DNA of 61,431 nucleotides, counting the filler, from Sphacelaria rigidula (lineage: Eukaryota): NCBI GenBank assembly GCA_964200075.2. It is 11 parts of 11 records of this genome, joined end to end, with 100 filler letters (N's around TTAATTAATTAA, not from the genome) between each part and the next. Parts side by side here need not be neighbours in the genome. Positions count along the whole stretch, not along the records: positions 55,939 to 61,431 come from CAXNAA020026877.1; 10 more parts are not named here. One strand, written 5' to 3'. Below, piece by piece: positions 60,555 to 61,431 of the stretch; the first letter of the stretch is position 1; the number at the start of each line of letters is the position of its first letter. A program made the translations under genes and the position numbers. The notes beneath the pieces are model-generated. The model did no database searches, had not been told where the DNA came from, and saw nothing but the letters and a program-made list of their open reading frames with translations.

Positions 60555-60748
60555 TGCCGCGATAGCCCCCCCTTAAAAGTGGCTGATTTGAAGAGTAAAA
60601 ATCTAAGCCCACGCTTTGGATCGTTTTCGCCAATGTCGCCCGTATGAGGCGCTTCATACAGTCTGAAACCAGCGATCATGCGCCGCATCACCACTTTCTT
60701 CGTGACAATTTTGGGGCCTGTTTACGGGGGGGGGGGGGGGGGGGCTTT
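60555..60748 (+). mobile_element. Diverged MITE type C copy
   Basis: cgatagccccccc start; ccaatgtcgcccgtatgaggcgcttcataca..ctgaa matches ~51729-51765; ends in a G run + ct. Confidence 0.7.
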
Positions 60749-60888
60749 CCCGTTCCCATTTTTCGGGGCCCCCCCCCCATTTTGGGCCGGCGTTTTTTTT
60801 TGCCAACCCCCCAAGCGCGGGGANNNNNNNNNNCCTAAGCAGACGCCAGCGCCCGCCCTCCCTGCCGCGTCCGGTTTTGGGGGGGGGG

Positions 60889-60928
<40 letters not shown>

Positions 60929-61431
60929 CTATCTCGTTCCCATATTTCAGGACCGCCTGCCCATTATGGGCCGACGATTATTCTGTCCAATCCACCAAGC
61001 GACGGTAAGACACGCCACCTTCAACACGATGCGGTGAGTCCCACCGATGAACAACTTTTGTACTGTTCCAAGAGGTCAAAACAAAACTCTCGAACGTGAT
61101 GTTTCGTTGATAATAATGTTGCTGCCATGACGGGCGTGTGTTTCGGCCGGCGCGTAGAAGACACTGCGTCGGTCACACACACACACACACACAGCTACAA
61201 AAATCAGGTACTACTGTGCTTCGCAAGAAGTTTGAATATCCTTCATTGCTGACCTTCGCTTCTCGTGGAGTGTGCGCGGGGAGCGGGGAGCGGGGAGCGG
61301 GCAGGGGACAGGGGACAGGCGACAGGGGACAGGGGACAGGGGGGGGGGGGGGGGGGGGGGACGACGATTTTTTTTTCTTTTTCTTTTCCACCAGCACAAA
61401 CCCACAACAGAAAAAAAAAAAAAAAAACCCC

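Noticed and set aside
60740..61010. Apparent tandem duplication around the 10-N gap (60741-60823 vs ~60925-61010)
   Set aside because: The first copy is a homopolymer-smeared version of the second immediately after a long G run, typical of sequencing dephasing, so most likely an artefact.

Overview
Eukaryotic, repeat-rich, intron-rich DNA, most likely from a brown alga (Phaeophyceae). That assignment is inferred from an EsV-1-7 cysteine-repeat gene, the intron style and the transposon content. The window is not one locus: it is 11 unplaced contigs of 5,495-5,493 bp, sorted by length and joined by identical 100-nt N spacers containing TTAATTAATTAA, so adjacency across spacers has no biological meaning. 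Recognisable content: (1) a six-exon Mutator/MULE DDE transposase with a SWIM finger and one stop codon; (2) four exons of a CLASRP/SWAP-type (DRY_EERY) splicing factor, whose next intron holds a MULE fragment folded back on itself as a ~150-bp-arm palindrome; (3) two exons of a DOT1-like class I methyltransferase, apparently joined by a GC-AG intron; (4) an intronless, disrupted gene with 16 tandem 38-aa EsV-1-7 C-x4-C-x16-C-x2-H repeats; (5) an IQ-motif gene fragment; (6) a degenerate Ty1/copia gag-pol; (7) three MITE types sharing a CTACGATAG+homopolymer terminal core, one with a clean 4-bp TSD; (8) retroposon 3' ends with (CAAT)n or (CAACA)n tails, several long fold-back inverted repeats and short tandem repeats. 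The best leads are the EsV-1-7 array with a hypervariable residue pair per repeat (possible modular recognition code), the intronic Mu-killer-like hairpin, and the 300-bp-arm hairpin at 42.4 kb. All exon models and alignments were read by eye; no database searches were run.
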